64,000 nt of DNA from Octopus vulgaris (GCA_951406725.2 OX597826.1:11346001-11410000); one strand, 5' to 3'; positions 1 to 13,413 are shown, counted from the stretch's first letter. The notes: generated by a model from the sequence alone, not told the origin. Numbers and translations are program-made.

Positions 1-265
1 TGGATTGTGAGCTGCATGTGGCTTTCAAAGCTATTATACAAGGCTTCCGACAGAATATGTTTCTGCGTCATTTTCCTTAAAAAACCTTTAATGTTTTATG
101 AGACAGATTTTTAAGTAATAACTGCAAAAACGATAATTCAATGAAAACCTTCAACGAGGGTAATTAATCAATATACTTAGGTGAACAAAACTAAATGACG
201 GAATATTTTCTTCTTCATAGACATGATTAAAAGATATTAGTTACAGTTTTTGAAAGTTAAAATAT

Positions 266-422
266 GGAGTGGCTGTGTGGTAAGTATCTTGTTTACCAAC
301 CTCATGGTTCTGGGCTCCGTCCCACTGCGTGACAACTTGAGCAAGTGTCTTCTACTATAGCCTCGGGCCGAGCAAAGCCTTGTGAGTGGAGTTGGTAGAC
401 GGAAACTGAAAGAAGTCTATCG

Positions 423-493
<71 letters not shown>

Positions 494-702
494 TTGTGGG
501 TCTGTATTTGTCCCTTCAGCATGGCTTGATAACCGATGCTGGTGTGTTTATGTCCCCGTAACTTAGCGGTTCGACAAAAGGATCCGATAAAATAAGCACT
601 AGGCTTACAAGGAATAAGTCCTGGGGTCGATTTTCTCGACTAAAGGCGGTGCTCCAGCATGGCCGCAGTCAAATGACTGAAACCATCAAAAGAGCAAAAG
701 AG
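266..702 (+). mobile_element. tRNA-headed SINE family A (CORE-like body, internal (TA)n(TG)n)
   Basis: A-box-like TGGCTGTGTGG and B-box-like head, CTTG(G/A)GCAAGTGTCTT CORE-like motif, AAAAGAG-type tail; more than 12 copies in the window. Confidence 0.85.
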
Positions 703-774
703 ATATTGGCTCATCTTATCAATCAACACGGTCCTCCCAGTTATGTTACAATGCTCTCGATCTGATTTACAAAT

Positions 775-1000
775 ACTAGGTTCAGATTTTGGCACAGAAC
801 CAGCAGTTTTTGAAGGGGAGGAGGAAGTCGATTACATCGACCTCCAGTACTTGACTAGTACTTGCTTATTTTATCAATCCGCAAAGGATGAAAAGCAAAG
901 ACAATCGCAGCGAATTTTGAACTCAGAACGTAGAAACAGACAAGAATGCCGCTAAGCAGTTTGGCCGGTGTGTTAACGATTCAGCCAGCACGCCGCCACC
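775..1000 (-). mobile_element. SINE family B, older subfamily
   Basis: Diverged match to the TTCTGAGTTCAAATTC...CTTTCATCCTTT body shared with 14281-14507; different 3' tail. Confidence 0.7.
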
Positions 1001-1165
1001 TAATTCAGAAATATTATCTCACCGAAGCCAGCCAGCGTAGGGAAATATTATCACCTGGACAGTGTGTAAGTATTCTGTCTTAATTTCAATTACTTTATCT
1101 AAGAAATATGGAATTGAAACTATGTTATATTTGTCTCTTTAGTTTTGAATATATCTTATACTCTA

Positions 1166-1573
1166 ACTCTTTACTCTTTTACTTGTTTCAATAATTTCAC
1201 CGCGGCCATGCTGGTGCACCACCTTTAGTCGAGCAAATCGACCCCAGGACTAATTCTTTGTAAGCCTAGTACTTATTCTATGGGTCTCTTTTGCCGAACC
1301 GCTAAGTTACGGGGACTTAAACACACCAGCATCGGTTGTCAAGCGATGTTCGGAGGACAAACACAGACACACAAACACATACTCACACATACATATATAT
1401 ACATATATACGACGGGCTTCTTTCAGTTTCCGTCTACCAAATCCACTCACAAGGCTTTGGTCGGCCCGAGGCTATAGTAGAAGACACTTGCCCAAGGTGC
1501 CACGCACTGGGACTGAACCCGGAACCATGTGGTTGGTAAGCAAGTTACTTACCACACAACCACTCCTGCGCCT
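1166..1573 (-). mobile_element. SINE family A, full length
   Basis: Reverse-complement match to 266-702 and 24317-24704. Confidence 0.88.
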
Positions 1574-2770
1574 ATATTAAACTTAATTCATTAAATTAAT
1601 TTTTAAATTCTCATTCTACAGTACTTCTACACCATTCTGAGGCATTCTACACGAGATTAATCATATTCTGTGATCAACAGAATGACTTCATACGTCTTTG
1701 CTGTATAAAAAGTAATCTATATATTCTTTCTTGTCTCGAGGTTCACAGCCAAACGGCTGGGTGGATTCGTGTGAAAAATGGCACACGTGTGGGGACGAGT
1801 GCATAGATTGAAATGCGGTTTGTATTTTTTCCTAAACCCGAGAAAATCGATTAAAACTTTTTCTAATGGAATTTCCCTCTTTCTTCTGTCATTAAAACAA
1901 CCAGTTGCTTAGAAGCTGTTTTCTGACGGGTTGGGGTCAAGAAATTTTCTCTTCAATCGAAACAGGGGACCCGAAATGATAAGGTTGACAAACGCTGTTA
2001 TAGATTATGCCTAACCGAAAATGATCACAGCCACATCATCCAAACAGACCGGGTGGAACCGGGCTTAGCTTCTAGGCAGAAAGCAGATATTTGGTGAAAG
2101 TTGAAAAGTCGATTACAAAAGCCCAAGTATTTCACTGATACTTTATTTTGTTGATTTAAGACGAAAAGAAATACCCACGAACATAAATAAGTTTATTACT
2201 GTTTGACTTCAATTATCTACCTGAAAGCATTTCATTCAAATTTGAAAAGCTGGGCTGGCTGTATAAAAAAAAAGTTAACTATCGAGTTATCTGAAATCAA
2301 AGTTATTACGTAAACGAGTAACAGCTGCAGAAAAGAGTAAAAAACACATCAATAAACTTTATTTTTTTCTCATTGTATTTCTAAACTGCTGTTCCGGATA
2401 CATGCGACAGCATATCTGATTTAGTTGAAGCGGAATATAAGGACCAGCTCATAAGTATTAAAGTTCAAATCCATCAAACATATTTCTTTCTTGCTGCAGG
2501 CTAACCTACTAATTAATCCTTAGCTAGCAGACTCATAAGGAGAAGCGTTCTAACGCAGACCACCTTGTTATTTCTTGAAAGGCAAAGTCGACTTCGATGG
2601 AATTTGAACTCAGAACGTAACGGCAGACGAAATACCGCAAAGCATTTCGCCCGGTGTGCTAACGTTTCTGCCAGCTCGCCGCCTATTTACGTATGTATAT
2701 TACACATACATACATAAATACGTATATACATACACACAGGCGCATACACACAGGCGCATACACACAGGCG

Positions 2771-2811
<41 letters not shown>

Positions 2812-2875
2812 CCTACTAATTAATCCTTAGCTAGCAGACTCACAATGAGAAGCGTTCTAACTCAGACCACCTTGT

Positions 2876-3474
2876 TATTTGTTGATTGTCCATCAGGGGC
2901 TAAACATAGAGGGGACAAACAAGGACAGACAAAGGGATTAAGTCAATTACATCGCCGCCAGTGTGTAACTGGTACTCAATTTATCGACCCCGAAAGGATG
3001 AAAGGCAAAGTTGACATCGGCGGAATTTGAACTCAGAACGTAACGGCACACGAAATATCTATTTCTTTATTACCCACAAGGGGCTAAACATAGAGGGGAC
3101 AAACAAGGACAGACATAGGTATTAAGTCAATTACATCGCCGCCAGTGTGTAACTGGTACTCAATTTATCGACCCCGAAAGGATGAAAGGCAAAGTTGACA
3201 TCGGCGGAATTTGAACTCAGAACGTAACGGCACACGAAATACCTATTTCTTTATTACCCACAAGGAGCTAAATATAGAGGGGACAAACAAGGACATACAT
3301 AGGTATTAAGTCGATTACATCGACCCCAGTGCGTAACTAGTACTTAATTTATCGACCCCGAAAGGATGAAAGGCAAAGTTGACATCGGCGGAATTTGAAC
3401 TCAGAACGTAACGGCAGACGAAATACCGCTCAGCATTTCGCCCGGCGTGCTAACGTTTCTGCCAGCTCGCCGCC
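2876..3474 (-). mobile_element. SINE family B tandem array, 3 units of 184 bp
   Basis: GAAATA recurs at 3052, 3236 and 3420; one target-site duplication TAACTC(A/T)GACCACCTTGT at 2858-2875 and 3475-3492. Confidence 0.9.
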
Positions 3475-3999
3475 TAACTCTGACCACCTTGTATTTTAAT
3501 TCGACATAATGTATGATCTAACGTCTCATCTTATTAAAGTGGCATAATGTGATTAATAGAAGATGCTTGGTTACTATTTCTAGCAAATCATGTGACTACG
3601 TAGAGGTGCGCTTGTTGGCATCTGAAGGGATTATTTTGAAAATCTGCTAGAGAAGCAATGTATTGAGTTGCGTCGCTTTATAGCAAAACATCAACTTATC
3701 CATTCAATAAAGAGAAATTGAAAAAAAAAGAAAGCATCACTCTTAAATTATGCGTGAATATTGATCGACTAAAGCCCTTGAAGTTGGTGTCCTAGCATGG
3801 CTACAATAAGAAACCCGTGAAAGAGTAGTATAAGAGGTTCCGATCAGTTTATCTAGATAACAGTGGAAATGTTTGACAAGCCGCACATTTTAATATAGAT
3901 TAAACTCTGGTCTTCACAACAAATCGTAATTAAAAGATAAGTAAGGGGATATAAACCTTCATTGAATATTAGGGTTAATTTGTATGTGCACTCGCGTGT

Positions 4000-4190
4000 T
4001 TGTGTCACCGATGTTGGTGAGTTTACGTTCCTGTAACTTAGCGGTTCGGCAAAGAAGATCGATAAAATAAATACCAGTCTTAACAAAAAATAAGAACTGG
4101 GGTCGATTCATTCAACTAAATATTCTGCAAGGTGGTACACCAGCATGGCCGCGGTCTAATGATTGAATGAAGTATAAGATAATAGATAAA
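4000..4190 (+). mobile_element. SINE family A, 3' half
   Basis: GTAACTTAGCGGTTCGGCAAA...CAGCATGGCCGC motif. Confidence 0.75.
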
Positions 4191-4310
4191 GGAATATAGT
4201 ATTTGCTATTTTTTTCTTTTTCACGGTATTAGTGAAAAACGAAGTAAGTAACTAAGCACTAATGCTGGCCAGTTATACAACATACATGTAAGTAGAGTAG
4301 ATAGTAAATA

Positions 4311-4591
4311 GTGGAGGCACATGGCCAAGTGGTTAGAGCAGCGGACTCGCGGTCGAGAGATCGCGGGTTCGAATCTCAGACCGGGTGATGTGTGTGCTTA
4401 TGAGCGAAACACCTAAGCTCCACGCGGCTCCGGCAGAAGGTAACGGCGAACTTCTGCTGACTCTTTCGCCACAACTTTCTCTCACTCTTTCCTCCTGCAT
4501 CTTGCAGCTCACCTGTGACGGACCGGCGTCCCGTCCAGGTGAGGAACCTATACGCTAAGGAAACCGGGAAACCGGCCCGTATGAGCCAGGC
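4311..4591 (+). mobile_element. tRNA-derived SINE family C with tail 1
   Basis: A box TGGCCAAGTGG, B box GGTTCGAATC; 10 bp TSD ATAGTAAATA at 4301-4310 and 4592-4601. Confidence 0.88.
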
Positions 4592-4793
4592 ATAGTAAAT
4601 AAAAGTTTCTCCAGCGTGGTTTAAAAAAAGTAACTGAATCACAGATTAAACTGTAAAAAATGGCTTCGATCACTAACGAATGACTTAAAGAAAAGCAATG
4701 AGCAGAAATCATTTGCTGGCCAGGAATGTGACACAAGAATATTCAAAGACAGTCGACTTCATTGATAGTACGCACATATATATAATATAATAA

Positions 4794-5033
4794 TGCACCC
4801 TTTTAAAGCCTAGCCAGGCTCTTGGGCCCAGTTTCCCGGTTTCAATGGTGTATGCGTTCCCCAGCTGGACAGGACGTCAGTCCATCGCAGCGTTATTCAT
4901 TTTTGCCAGCTGAGTGGACTGGAGCAACGTGAAATGAAGTGTTTTGCTTAAGAACACAACGCGTCACTTGGTTCAGAAATCGAAACCACAATCTTACGAT
5001 CATGATGCTGACACCCTAACCACTAAGCCACAT
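4794..5033 (-). mobile_element. tRNA-derived SINE family D with tail 1
   Basis: Near-identical to 46505-46757; body CACGTTGCTCCAGTCCACTCAGCTGG. Confidence 0.82.
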
Positions 5034-5611
5034 TGAGCATACTTCGGCAAGCTTACTGCAACGAAACAATGGGTCATAAGCAATGTTTCGAGTGGCACCG
5101 GTGCTTCAAAAGCGGAAGAACGTTCCTGGAAGACGATTAGCGATCTGGAAGACCTTCCACGAATGTCACCCATCGAGGATTCTCCTGCGACGTTTTGAAG
5201 CGTTCGAGGGAGGATATTCGGCGAAAGCGACCGGATCTGTGAAGCGCGAGGAATTGGATTTTTCTCGACGACAATGTACTCTATCATTGACCTCTCCTCA
5301 CTCGTGAGTTTCTCGCCCAAAACATGGTATCACTTCTGCAACCACTCTTTTCGCCAGATTTAGAACTTGCAGACTTCCCCAAGAGGAAAATGTAGCTCAA
5401 AGGTCACCGTTGTCGCGATTCAGATCGAACGGCAGGTTCCGAGTCGCTTGCGGAGAACGACTTCAAGACCGTATTCCAAAAGTGGCAGCAACGTTGGGAC
5501 CAGTGTGTTGTTGCGAAAGGGGACTACTTTGAAGGAGATAATGTTAAACTTAGGTAATTATGTTACTCTTTATTAATCATAACTAGACCTCGAACTTTTT
5601 GATAACACCTC
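5034..5611 (+). mobile_element. Internally deleted mariner transposon, 3' part with TIR
   Basis: Decayed mariner transposase frames homologous to 37674-38441; 3' TIR ending ...TTTTTGATAACACCTCG followed by TA. Confidence 0.8.
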
Positions 5612-5633
5612 GTATATATATATATATATATAT

Positions 5634-5940
5634 GTGGGGCCGCAATGGTCCAGTGGTTAGAGCAGCGGACCCGCGGTCGTAGGATCGCGGTTTTCATTTC
5701 CCAGACCGGGTGTTGTAAGTGTTTATTGAGCGAAAACACCTAAGACTCCACGAGGCTCCGGCAAGGGATGGTGGTGATCCCTGCTGTACTCTTTCGCCAC
5801 AACTTTCTCTCACTCTTTCTTCTGTTGACCTGCTCGCTTAGCCAGCGGGGTGGCGTCATTTGAAGGCCTAAGACAATGCGAAGCGCATTGTGACCAGCGA
5901 TGTGTAGCAACATCTGATAGCCTGATCAGTGACGGTGACG

Positions 5941-5945
<5 letters not shown>
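5634..5945 (+). mobile_element. SINE family C head with a different tail (tail 3)
   Basis: Head matches 4311; diverges after ACAACTTTCTCTCACTCTTTC; ends in (GTGACG)n. Confidence 0.8.
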
Positions 5946-5983
<38 letters not shown>

Positions 5984-6077
5984 GCATATATATATACATA
6001 TATATATAAACCCACACACATGTGTATATACAGATATATATATATATATACACACGTACACATACAAGCATATATAT

Positions 6078-6243
6078 ACGACGGGCTTCTTTCAGTTTCC
6101 GTCTACCAAATCCACTCACAAGGCTTTGGTCAGCCCCACGCTATAGCAGAAGACACTTGCCCAAGGTGCCACGCAGTGAGACTGAACCTGGAGCCATGTG
6201 GTTCGTAAGCAAGCTACTTACCACACAGCCACTCCTACGCCTA
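6078..6243 (-). mobile_element. SINE family A, 5' half
   Basis: Match to family A; shares private variants with 7558-7720. Confidence 0.85.
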
Positions 6244-7156
6244 TATATATACACGCATGCGTATATATACATGACTACATACGCGTGCAAATAAAATATT
6301 AGGAAATACAAAGAAGTAGACACACTGTAGTACGTTAAAATGAGATACAATAGCGTAAAGTGAGCGATTAACGACAACGACACAGCTGTCAGTTACGACT
6401 ATTATCGAACACTATAAAGGTCGACATTTAATACTTACAGGAGGCATGTCATACTTCAGGTGGGCACATAATACAGGTAAAATATAAATTTCATAGTTTT
6501 TACTAGTCACCGGAATGAATGATATTTTCTCTTCGATTATTTATTTATTTATTTATTTAAACTAGTCTCAGCCTCTGGGATTTTCAAGCACGGAAAATGT
6601 TATTTTGTAAATGAAAGTACACGTTGTTCCTGTATGTGTCAGTGTATTCTATTGTGGTGGCCATGATAGTATTGAACGTCTTGGTTATCTGCCATTAAAT
6701 TAGGCCCGCTGGTCAATCGGACATTATTAGAAGTATTGAATAACGAAGAAATATTCAATTTTAAAATGTCTCCACTAGCGAAAGAAGGTGCGTGTAAGCG
6801 GGGTCGCTTTATCAGTTGGAAATAAAGGGCATCTCACGGTCTTTATACATCTCAAACTACAAGGAATGTCTAAAAAATGGTACATTTGCGAACACATTCT
6901 CTGTATAAAGGATGGGATGACTTAAGCTCGAATTCTTTTGGTTGTATGTCTACTCGATCAGACGAGACATAGGGGTTAAAAAATAACCACGAGAATAGCA
7001 ATATCGCCATTGCTTAAAGCGATCAACTATTGTAACTTCCGGTTCCTTCTTACGAGTATGGGACACTGCTGGAGGTGTATCTCACCTTATCATAAGGCAG
7101 TGCAGTTATACAGACATTCTTCATGATCACGTGTAGCTCCTGGATCCAGGAACCTC

Positions 7157-7720
<564 letters not shown>

Positions 7721-7749
7721 TTATTTAATTCCTGATTCCATATATTGCC

Positions 7750-8390
7750 TTGCCTTAAGATACTTTTGGAATCCACAAATATCTTGTATTTTAGGGTAGA
7801 TGGGATGTTGTAATAGTTATTCATTCACCAAATGCTATTACAACAGAATAACTGCAATAAGGACATGTAATCGCATTATTGTTTTATCTGGCCAGAAGCT
7901 TCACCTTTGGCTTATGGAATGCTTCTTATCTACATTGCTCTCTACACTTTGTCTCGCAATTCTGGTTGCTTCCAATCAAGCAGAACAATCTATTTGGAGA
8001 GCAGGGAAATATCCTAAACGTTACTTAGAAGGATTTCAACGCAATCCAAGAACTAATCGCATTCATAAAATTTCTCCAGTACACCTTTATATCAGTCATT
8101 GCCAGCGTTTGTTAAAAACCAACGTTCTTGTGTATAAAACAAGGTTCACTGAAAACGTTATCTCTTAAGTCTGTATCATATTTAATTAATCTAAACAAAT
8201 GAAACTGAATATTTACAGGGATCAGCTCATCTGCCTTTTGGTTCCTTATTACAACTGAATGGACACCATTGAAAGAATATGTCACTTTGCCATACAGCAA
8301 TGATATATAGTGCAAACTATTTAATCGACCATCCGCGATTCCTAGACTTAAGAATCTACGTTTAATTCTTGATGCTAAGCACATTTGTAT
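7750..8390 (-). pseudogene. Possible very old LINE reverse-transcriptase fossil
   Basis: ISLLYGKVTYSFNGVHS...ELIP loosely resembles the LINE RT segment LY...NG..S...QG..LSP; many stops. Confidence 0.3.
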
Positions 8391-8404
8391 GCTAAGAATT
8401 CCTT

Positions 8405-8657
8405 CCTTCTCGAGACACGCCTGGCTCATAAGGGCCGGTTTCATTGGCGTATAAGTTCCCCACCTGGACGGGACGCCGGTCCATCGCAGGTGAGCTGCAA
8501 TATGCAGGAGGAAAGAGTGAGAGAAAGTTTGCCATTCCCTTCTGCCGGAGCCGCGTGGAGCTTAGGTGTTTCGCTCATAAACACACACATCGCACGGTCT
8601 GAGATTCGAACCCGCGATCACTCGACCGCTCTAACCACTAGGCCATGTACCTCCACA
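8405..8657 (-). mobile_element. SINE family C with tail 1
   Basis: Reverse-complement match to 4311-4591 with small deletions. Confidence 0.85.
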
Positions 8658-9654
8658 TACGCTAAGCATTGGGAATGAAGGTGAAGGAACGTAAGATAAA
8701 GTATAATACCGCTATTATATTGTTCCTTCACTATATTACTTTTATATTACTATAGGAAATAATTAGTTCCTCTCATTTTATTGCCTTTAGATTAAAATAT
8801 ATTTTTTGGTTTCCAGTAAATATTTTATTTCTGTTTCATTAGATCTATTGGCTCCATAAACATTGAAACATGACGACAATGACAGTAAGAACAACAGCAA
8901 CGAACGAAATGCACTATAAAAAAAAAGTCAGAGGTACTCTATGTAAACAGTCCGACTACTAAAGATAGGACATTAGTTCCCTTCAACTTACACTACGCAG
9001 TTTTTAAATAGGGAAAGAGATATACGCATCCAGTGCACATTTTTTAAACACTTATGATTACAGCTTAAACTCTGTTAAAAATAAAGCTATGCAACCAAGG
9101 TCAATCTAGAAGATAAGCATTATTTACAGCGCAACTTTACGTCATATGCACGACTTTAGCTCCTCCAATAGAGATATTATTATATTGTTTAATAATACTG
9201 TAATATTTTGAGGTATTCATTTGAAGTAGGAAATCACTCTTATACAGAACATCATAACTTCACTGATATATTTCATATCATATACTTTTAACTATAATGC
9301 TGTAAGTTATAAGTTTATAATATACTAATCACCATTTCCTTGTATTTATGATGGTGAGAGTAGCCATCGACACCGAAAGGATGACAGTCAAAGTCGACGG
9401 AATTTGAACTCAAAAAGTGAAAAACAGACGGAATGACGGTAAGCATTTTGCCCGATTCTTCCAGCTCGCCGCCTTACAGTACCTGTAATATAATAGTTGT
9501 CGTTTGAAGCTGTACCATTTCTGTCTCTCGAAATAAACTGAAAGAACGCAATAATTCTTTATTATAGAGCGCCATCGTAAAACTATTTTCCTTCACAAAA
9601 TTATCCGCTTGTTTATATTAATTACACAACATACAATTTTGAAAATAACTATTC

Positions 9655-9691
<37 letters not shown>

Positions 9692-10587
9692 TGCTACAAT
9701 AATTGGTAAATAATTATTTACTATATTTTATTATTCTATACCATTATTCCTATGAGGAAATTACTATTCTAATTCAAATTCCAAAGAAAATGGTGCACCT
9801 CAGCTACGATATTGGTTTTTAACAGAATAACATCCCCCACCATCTCCCTCCTCTTAATAACGTCTTCACTTTCCACATAAACAGTTCATCTCCTTTGCAT
9901 GGGAATAGCAATATTACTGCGTTTAAACGAAACAATTTCCTTGGTACTCATACACAGTTGAGTAAATCATCTTCAAATGTCATCAGCGTCTTTCAATTGG
10001 CTATCTTCTGAAATTGACAAGTAATGTTTTTCAAAATATTCTCACCAGCCATTTTCCAGAATCTGGTCTTATTTCTTCAATACCTATTGTTATGTCGAAA
10101 TAATGTCCTCGGAATGTTTGCATAACGTATATCTTGAAAACATAGCTCCAAGTTATTTCTGGCATTGACAAAACAGATAAATACCATTTAGATTCACATT
10201 TAGTCACTCGCATGTGATAACTGCCACAGTTATGGCGAAGCTATTCATTTAGATACATTGTTAAAACTTGCGTGTAACATAACACCAGTGATATTGCAAA
10301 TCTTGCATTGGGGAATCTACACAAACACTTTCGACTGATAATTGTCACAGCTATAACACGTCTTCCTCCTAAGTATATTAAAAGGTGCGCGTGATGATTG
10401 TCTTAGATTAGATATGAGATTTATTGCATTTAGAAAGATATCCTGTTGTGTACTACCAATATTTTAAAATGCTGAGTTCTTCATTTACATATATTAATTA
10501 TTGAGCTATTGTCTTCTAAATGTCCATGAATCTTGCACTTTGTTGAATTAGGTGATACAGAAGTTTCTGATTTTAATGCTTTAATTA

Positions 10588-11070
10588 TTGAGTCATCCCA
10601 TAGATAATGCGGTCTTTTTTCATACTTCTTTTATTTTTATTTTAAAGATAAACAAGGTTCTTTTTTAATATAAAATATATTCTCATTCATTTTCTACAAT
10701 GCTCTTCCATCTATCTGGTAGACTTGCAAGGTCCCCTCTTCCAAAATTCACCTGTCCATGACGAAAAATACTCCTCCAGTCCTGTTCTGACCTCTTCTAC
10801 AGAATTCATTTTTCCACCGCCCAAATGATTTTGGAAACTGCGGAATAAACCATAATTAGATGGGGGAAAGTCCGGTGAATATGGTGGGTGGGGCAGCGTT
10901 TCCCATTCAAACTGCTCCAGCCTTTGGAATGTCATCCTCACTGTATGTGGCCGACCATTATCCTGTTTGAAGAACACCTTTCGTCTTGAAACCAAAGACG
11001 GTCGTTTTTCTTCTAGCGCTGACTTAAGCCGCTCAAGCTTCTCGCGGTAGATCACTTTTGTCATGGATTG
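10588..11070 (-). mobile_element. Mariner (DD34D-type) 3' fragment with TIR
   Basis: ORF 10711-11064 has QDNGRPH and HPPYSPDFPPSNYGLF; TIR TTGAGTCATCCCATAGATAATGCGG; same family as 52639-53899. Confidence 0.9.
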
Positions 11071-11984
11071 GCAGTGTATATGTGATAGCTAGTAAATATT
11101 TTAAGTAGATCATGATTTCAGAGTTGTTTATGCGATATCAATATCATAGAAATATGGCATTCTATATAATTTTTAAATTTTGCAAGCAGAAACGTGTAGA
11201 GTCATGTTAAACTTCTACTGAACACAAACAATTCCAAAGCCATAAAACATTATTTACTTATCACGAAAGTGAGTTTGACTCAGTAACCTGAGATACATGT
11301 GGCTCATCCAATTCTGATTTTTCTTTGAAATAGAATGTTTTTAGTTTTAGTTTATTGTGAATTAGTAAAGTTTGTCGGGTTCATTCGCAGTCAGGAGAAG
11401 ATTGTCTGACAACTTAATCGGATTCTTTCTAAAGAGAGAAAGAGGAAGGTATTTTATTTTCCCCTTTAGTGTATGAGAGTGTGGAAATATCGAACGATAG
11501 CTGATAATGGTGGAGAATTAGTTACTTCAAATGCCTGAAGGTAAGAACTTGGTGAGAGAACGGGAGAGAATTTGTGCGCGAGTGAAGTAGGAGGTGCTAG
11601 CAGAGAATTCGAACGAGGAAGAAGGCAAGGGTTATAAGAAAGAACGGCAGGAGTGGCGATCGGTATAAATAGGGAATGCGTCGTTGTCCACTTGAAGGTC
11701 ATTGACCAGTAAAGTGTTGATAACTGTATCTACATTCATGTCTACACGCACGAACACACATACAAAACGCATACAAATACATACACATGCATAAAAACAT
11801 GCAAACACACACACAAAAGCGCGCGCGCACACACACACAGATGCCCTGATACTTGAAAAAAGCCTGCCAGCAACCAAATATTCATACACAAGCACATACA
11901 TATATGGTACTGACTTGCGCTTACATACATACGAGTAATTTTTTCTCATTTCAGCAAATGTCCAGCAATTTTTATGTGAGTGAT

Positions 11985-12350
11985 AAGTCGATGACATCGA
12001 CCCCAGTATTTCACTGGTACTTATTTTATCGACCCCTCCAAAAGAGTGAAAGGCAAACTGAACATGGACTGAACTTGAACTTAGAATGTAGACATCGGGA
12101 ATAAATGTCGCTGTGCATTTTGTCCGACGAACTGACGATTCTGCTAGCTTTTCGCCTTACATAATTCTTTCTACTATTGGCACAAGGCCTGAAATGCTGG
12201 GAAGGCAGTTCTAGTTGATTATATCGTCCCCAATGTTAAAGTGATGTACATTTTATCGACCGCAACTGGAGTTTTAACTCAGAAGGTAAAGAGACGGAGG
12301 CAATGTCGCTAAGTATTTTGCCGAACCGCGAACGGTTCTTCCCGTTCACC
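11985..12350 (-). mobile_element. Two adjacent degenerate SINE family B copies
   Basis: TCGACCCCAGTA...GGTACTTATTTTATCGACCC and AACTCAGAA motifs. Confidence 0.65.
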
Positions 12351-12759
12351 GCTTTCACTTTCCCAAATTTTCTTCCCTTCTTTACCCGATCCCTTCTCTT
12401 CTCCACATTGGCAGTAAATAATTCTTTCACTATTTCATTTTGTAATTCTTCAATATTTCCACTCCTTTATGTACTCTGGGTAAAGAAACCTCTTTTCTAT
12501 CTATCTGACAGACTCAGTACGAAGTTTTTCAACAAACAGCAGAGATAGCAGAGTGATTAAGAAGTACACTTTTCAGACACATGGTTTCGGGTTCATTCTC
12601 ACTCATCAGCACCTTGGGAAAATATCTTCTTTTATAGCCTCGAACACACCCATGCCATAAGTGAAACCCATGGTATACATCCTCACCCCCACATTCTCAT
12701 CCCACACCCACACTCACCCTCACATGTGTATATATATATATTATTATATATATTATTAT

Positions 12760-13413
12760 TATACGATCGAACGCCACACATCCTTTTCCAAGAAAGTCTT
12801 ATCTTAATAATTACGATGCGCACTCTTCTATCTCTACTATCTCTTCTCTGTCCGTCTCTCTCCCTCTCTTGTTCTTCATCCTTTCTGGTTTTCTCTCCCA
12901 CCCTTCCCTATTCTTCTCCTTTCATCTTCACCGTTCCCCCTCTCTCACTCTTCCTCCTTGACTCTCCCGTCGCTGACACGTGACGAAAGGGAATCTATCT
13001 TTCTGCCTATTTCCTTGCTAAAGACAACACGTGCTTATACCTGTCTCCTCTCATAAGCTCGTCTTCCTAGCATTCATAATACTTTGTCACATCCTCTTGG
13101 CTTAACAGCCCTCACCGTTTGTTTTTACTGTCTTGTTCTCACTGTCCTGTTTTTGTTACCACTTTCACCCTCCGTAAAAAATCCCAAATTTTATTTAATT
13201 TACTTTGCGGGAAGGATTGTTTCAACGAAGTCGCGTATTGTCCTTCCCTTCGAAACACGGAGGACAACTGATGAAGGGTAAAGTTCTTTATGATGCATGT
13301 CTCGTTTCTCTGTTTGTTTTTTTCGTTGTTCGAAAATAAGTTCGTTTTCTATGTTTTTGGTTTTATGTTTTCGTTTTCTCATTGTGTCTACGTTTTTTGA
13401 TGTCCTGTACCCA
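12760..13413 (+). mobile_element. Probable Penelope-like 3' end or pLTR-derived short element
   Basis: Bounded by TA-rich microsatellites, pyrimidine-rich body, carries a hammerhead motif; related pieces at 27715-27825 and 47255-47300. Confidence 0.5.
13218..13280 (+). ncRNA. Candidate non-circularly permuted hammerhead ribozyme
   Basis: CGCGT-A-TTGTCCT / CCTTC-GAAACACG / AGGACAA-CTGATGA-AGGG; stems I and III pair by eye, strand order is reversed. Confidence 0.65.

Noticed and set aside
1735-1997. hAT MITE
   Set aside because: Only a right-end-like AAGGTTGACAAACGCTG is visible; no matching left TIR or TSD.
4314-4385. tRNA gene
   Set aside because: A and B boxes are present, but the acceptor stem does not pair; it continues into a SINE body with a TSD.
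9925-9995. Hammerhead from minus-strand CTGATGA...GAAA
   Set aside because: Stems II and III do not pair; likely chance.
11660-11690. TATA-box promoter (TATAAATAGGG)
   Set aside because: Single motif in AT-rich DNA with no supporting gene structure.
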